Source: Chrysochromulina tobinii
Taxonomy: Eukaryota
Length of the DNA: 20,000 nt
Direction of reading: 5' to 3'
NCBI GenBank assembly: GCA_001275005.1
Contig: JWZX01003205.1
Coordinates: 45,998-65,997 of the forward strand
The notes beneath the pieces were generated by a model that had not been told where the DNA came from, ran no database searches, and saw nothing but the letters and a program-made list of their open reading frames with translations. This document shows, one piece after another, positions 18,620 through 20,000 of the stretch. The translations under genes were made by a program, and so were the position numbers. Position 1 is the first letter of the stretch, and every line of letters begins with the position of its first letter.

Positions 18620-19753
18620 ATGGGCAAGAAGAAGGGCAAGAAAGCGGAAGATTGGGAAGCGGTGGAAGGCTGGGAGGCGGAGGCGGAGGCGATTGCTCAC
18701 GAGGCGGCCGTCGAGGCGGCGCCTGTGCGGGAGCCGAGCGTATGGCTTGATGCGGACGCCGATGGCGACGACGCCCTTGCCAATCTCTGGCTAACCATCG
18801 CTGGCGCCGTGCCACACAGCAGCGACGCCTCCGGCGACGACGATGACAAAGCCCAGCAGGGCTACGACAAATCACCACGGCAGCGCAAGGCCGACTGCAG
18901 TAAGGTAAGCATGCTCCTCAAGTCCGACTTCAGTGCCAACATTCGCGACCGCAGCGGCGCCTCGCTACTCTACCATGCGCTGCAGTACGACCATCGGCAC
19001 ATGGCCGAGATGCTTCGGGTGGTCGTGGAGGCCGGGGCTGACGTGAATATGCCCACGCACATTGTTGGCGGGCTGCTGCCCTTGGACACCGAATGGCTCG
19101 AGGTCGATGAGGACAACCCACATGTGGAAGTCAACAGGGCGAAGCGAGAGTACCTGATCAGCCACGGCGCGCGCCAGAGCGACTCCGAGGCGGAGGGCTG
19201 TGCAAGAGCAGAGGCCCAGGCGAAGGCGGCGCGGATCAGGGCCGAAGAGGTAGCCTTGGAGAAGCGGTTGGCGGACGCTCGGCATGCGACGGCGAAAGCG
19301 GAGGTGCCGAGCTGGGATACTCCGGATGACGCAGAGCTTACGAGCCTTCATCTGGCCGTCAGCGTCCCGCCAGCCGCCCCTGCCGCTTTCGTGACCCTCA
19401 CCTACAACGGGCGCAGCGAGACGGTCGAGTTCAGCAGCTTGGGAGACCTCTCGGTGCTCTTTGACGAAACCGCACGCCTCTTCGAATTGCCGCCGAGCCG
19501 TTACACGACGAAACTCATCCTAAAAGGGAAGAGCCTGCGGCGCACCGAGAGCGCGCTCGAGCTTTTCGGCTGTCCAACGGGTGCCGCCCCGCCTAGGGTG
19601 ATGGTGATGGCGAGTGCCCGAGAGGCAGTCGCAACGATCGGCTCCTCCATGCAGGACCTGCATACGCCCTCATTTGCCGCCGAGCATGGAAGCAAAAAGG
19701 GTGGCATCCCCACGAGCAAAGGCGTGCGCCAAGCCAGCATGAAGAAGAGGTAG
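18620..19753 (+). CDS. Ankyrin-repeat plus ubiquitin-like domain protein, about 377 aa
   Basis: ANIRDRSGASLLYHAL...VVEAGADVN...PLD...EYLISHGA (ankyrin-like); FVTLTYNG...LFELPP...KLILKGKSL...RVMVMAS (UBL-like). Confidence 0.7.
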   Translation: MGKKKGKKAEDWEAVEGWEAEAEAIAHEAAVEAAPVREPSVWLDADADGDDALANLWLTIAGAVPHSSDASGDDDDKAQQGYDKSPRQRKADCSKVSMLLKSDFSANIRDRSGASLLYHALQYDHRHMAEMLRVVVEAGADVNMPTHIVGGLLPLDTEWLEVDEDNPHVEVNRAKREYLISHGARQSDSEAEGCARAEAQAKAARIRAEEVALEKRLADARHATAKAEVPSWDTPDDAELTSLHLAVSVPPAAPAAFVTLTYNGRSETVEFSSLGDLSVLFDETARLFELPPSRYTTKLILKGKSLRRTESALELFGCPTGAAPPRVMVMASAREAVATIGSSMQDLHTPSFAAEHGSKKGGIPTSKGVRQASMKKR

Positions 19754-20000
19754 AGGTGATAAGGTAGGTGTGCGGTTCGAGTGAACTAGATTAATGCTAC
19801 CGCGCGCGATTCATCGCCTCCGCCCTCCGGACCGGGGACGCGTCGCCCGGGGGGCGCGCGGGGCGCGGCCGGGGCCGCGGGCCCCGCCCCGCCGGATCCG
19901 CGCGTCGTTAATCTTCGCGAATCCCTCTCGTCGTGCCGGGCGCGGCGGCGACGCGCGCCGCCGGACTCGCTGAACTCTGGGCGCGGGCGCGGCCGCGCAC

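Overview
GC-rich, gene-dense eukaryotic DNA with about 11 protein genes in 20 kb, gaps often only 130-230 bp, and one gene with two clear GT-AG introns of about 107 nt. The style suggests a compact microalgal genome such as a haptophyte (inference). In order: EF-hand plus degenerate histidine-phosphatase-fold protein (-); multidomain TrmY-like SPOUT methyltransferase (-); frameshifted SGNH/PC-esterase-like gene (-); GON4L/DUO3-like Myb/SANT protein (-); 'Swiss-army-knife'-type 2H phosphoesterase (-); FkbM methyltransferase (-) head-to-head with DNA polymerase iota (+); divergent cyclophilin (+); small putative membrane ORF (-); spliced p24-beta/TMED2 (-) head-to-head with an ankyrin plus ubiquitin-like protein (+). 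The most notable item is a TrmY-type pseudouridine N1-methyltransferase domain, a family known mainly from archaea and some bacteria, fused in a eukaryotic gene to two PYM/eIF2A-like helical hairpins, a Tudor/SH3-like segment, a CCHC zinc knuckle and an RGG tail. No rRNA, tRNA, CRISPR or transposase was recognised. All family calls come from motif recognition, not database searches.
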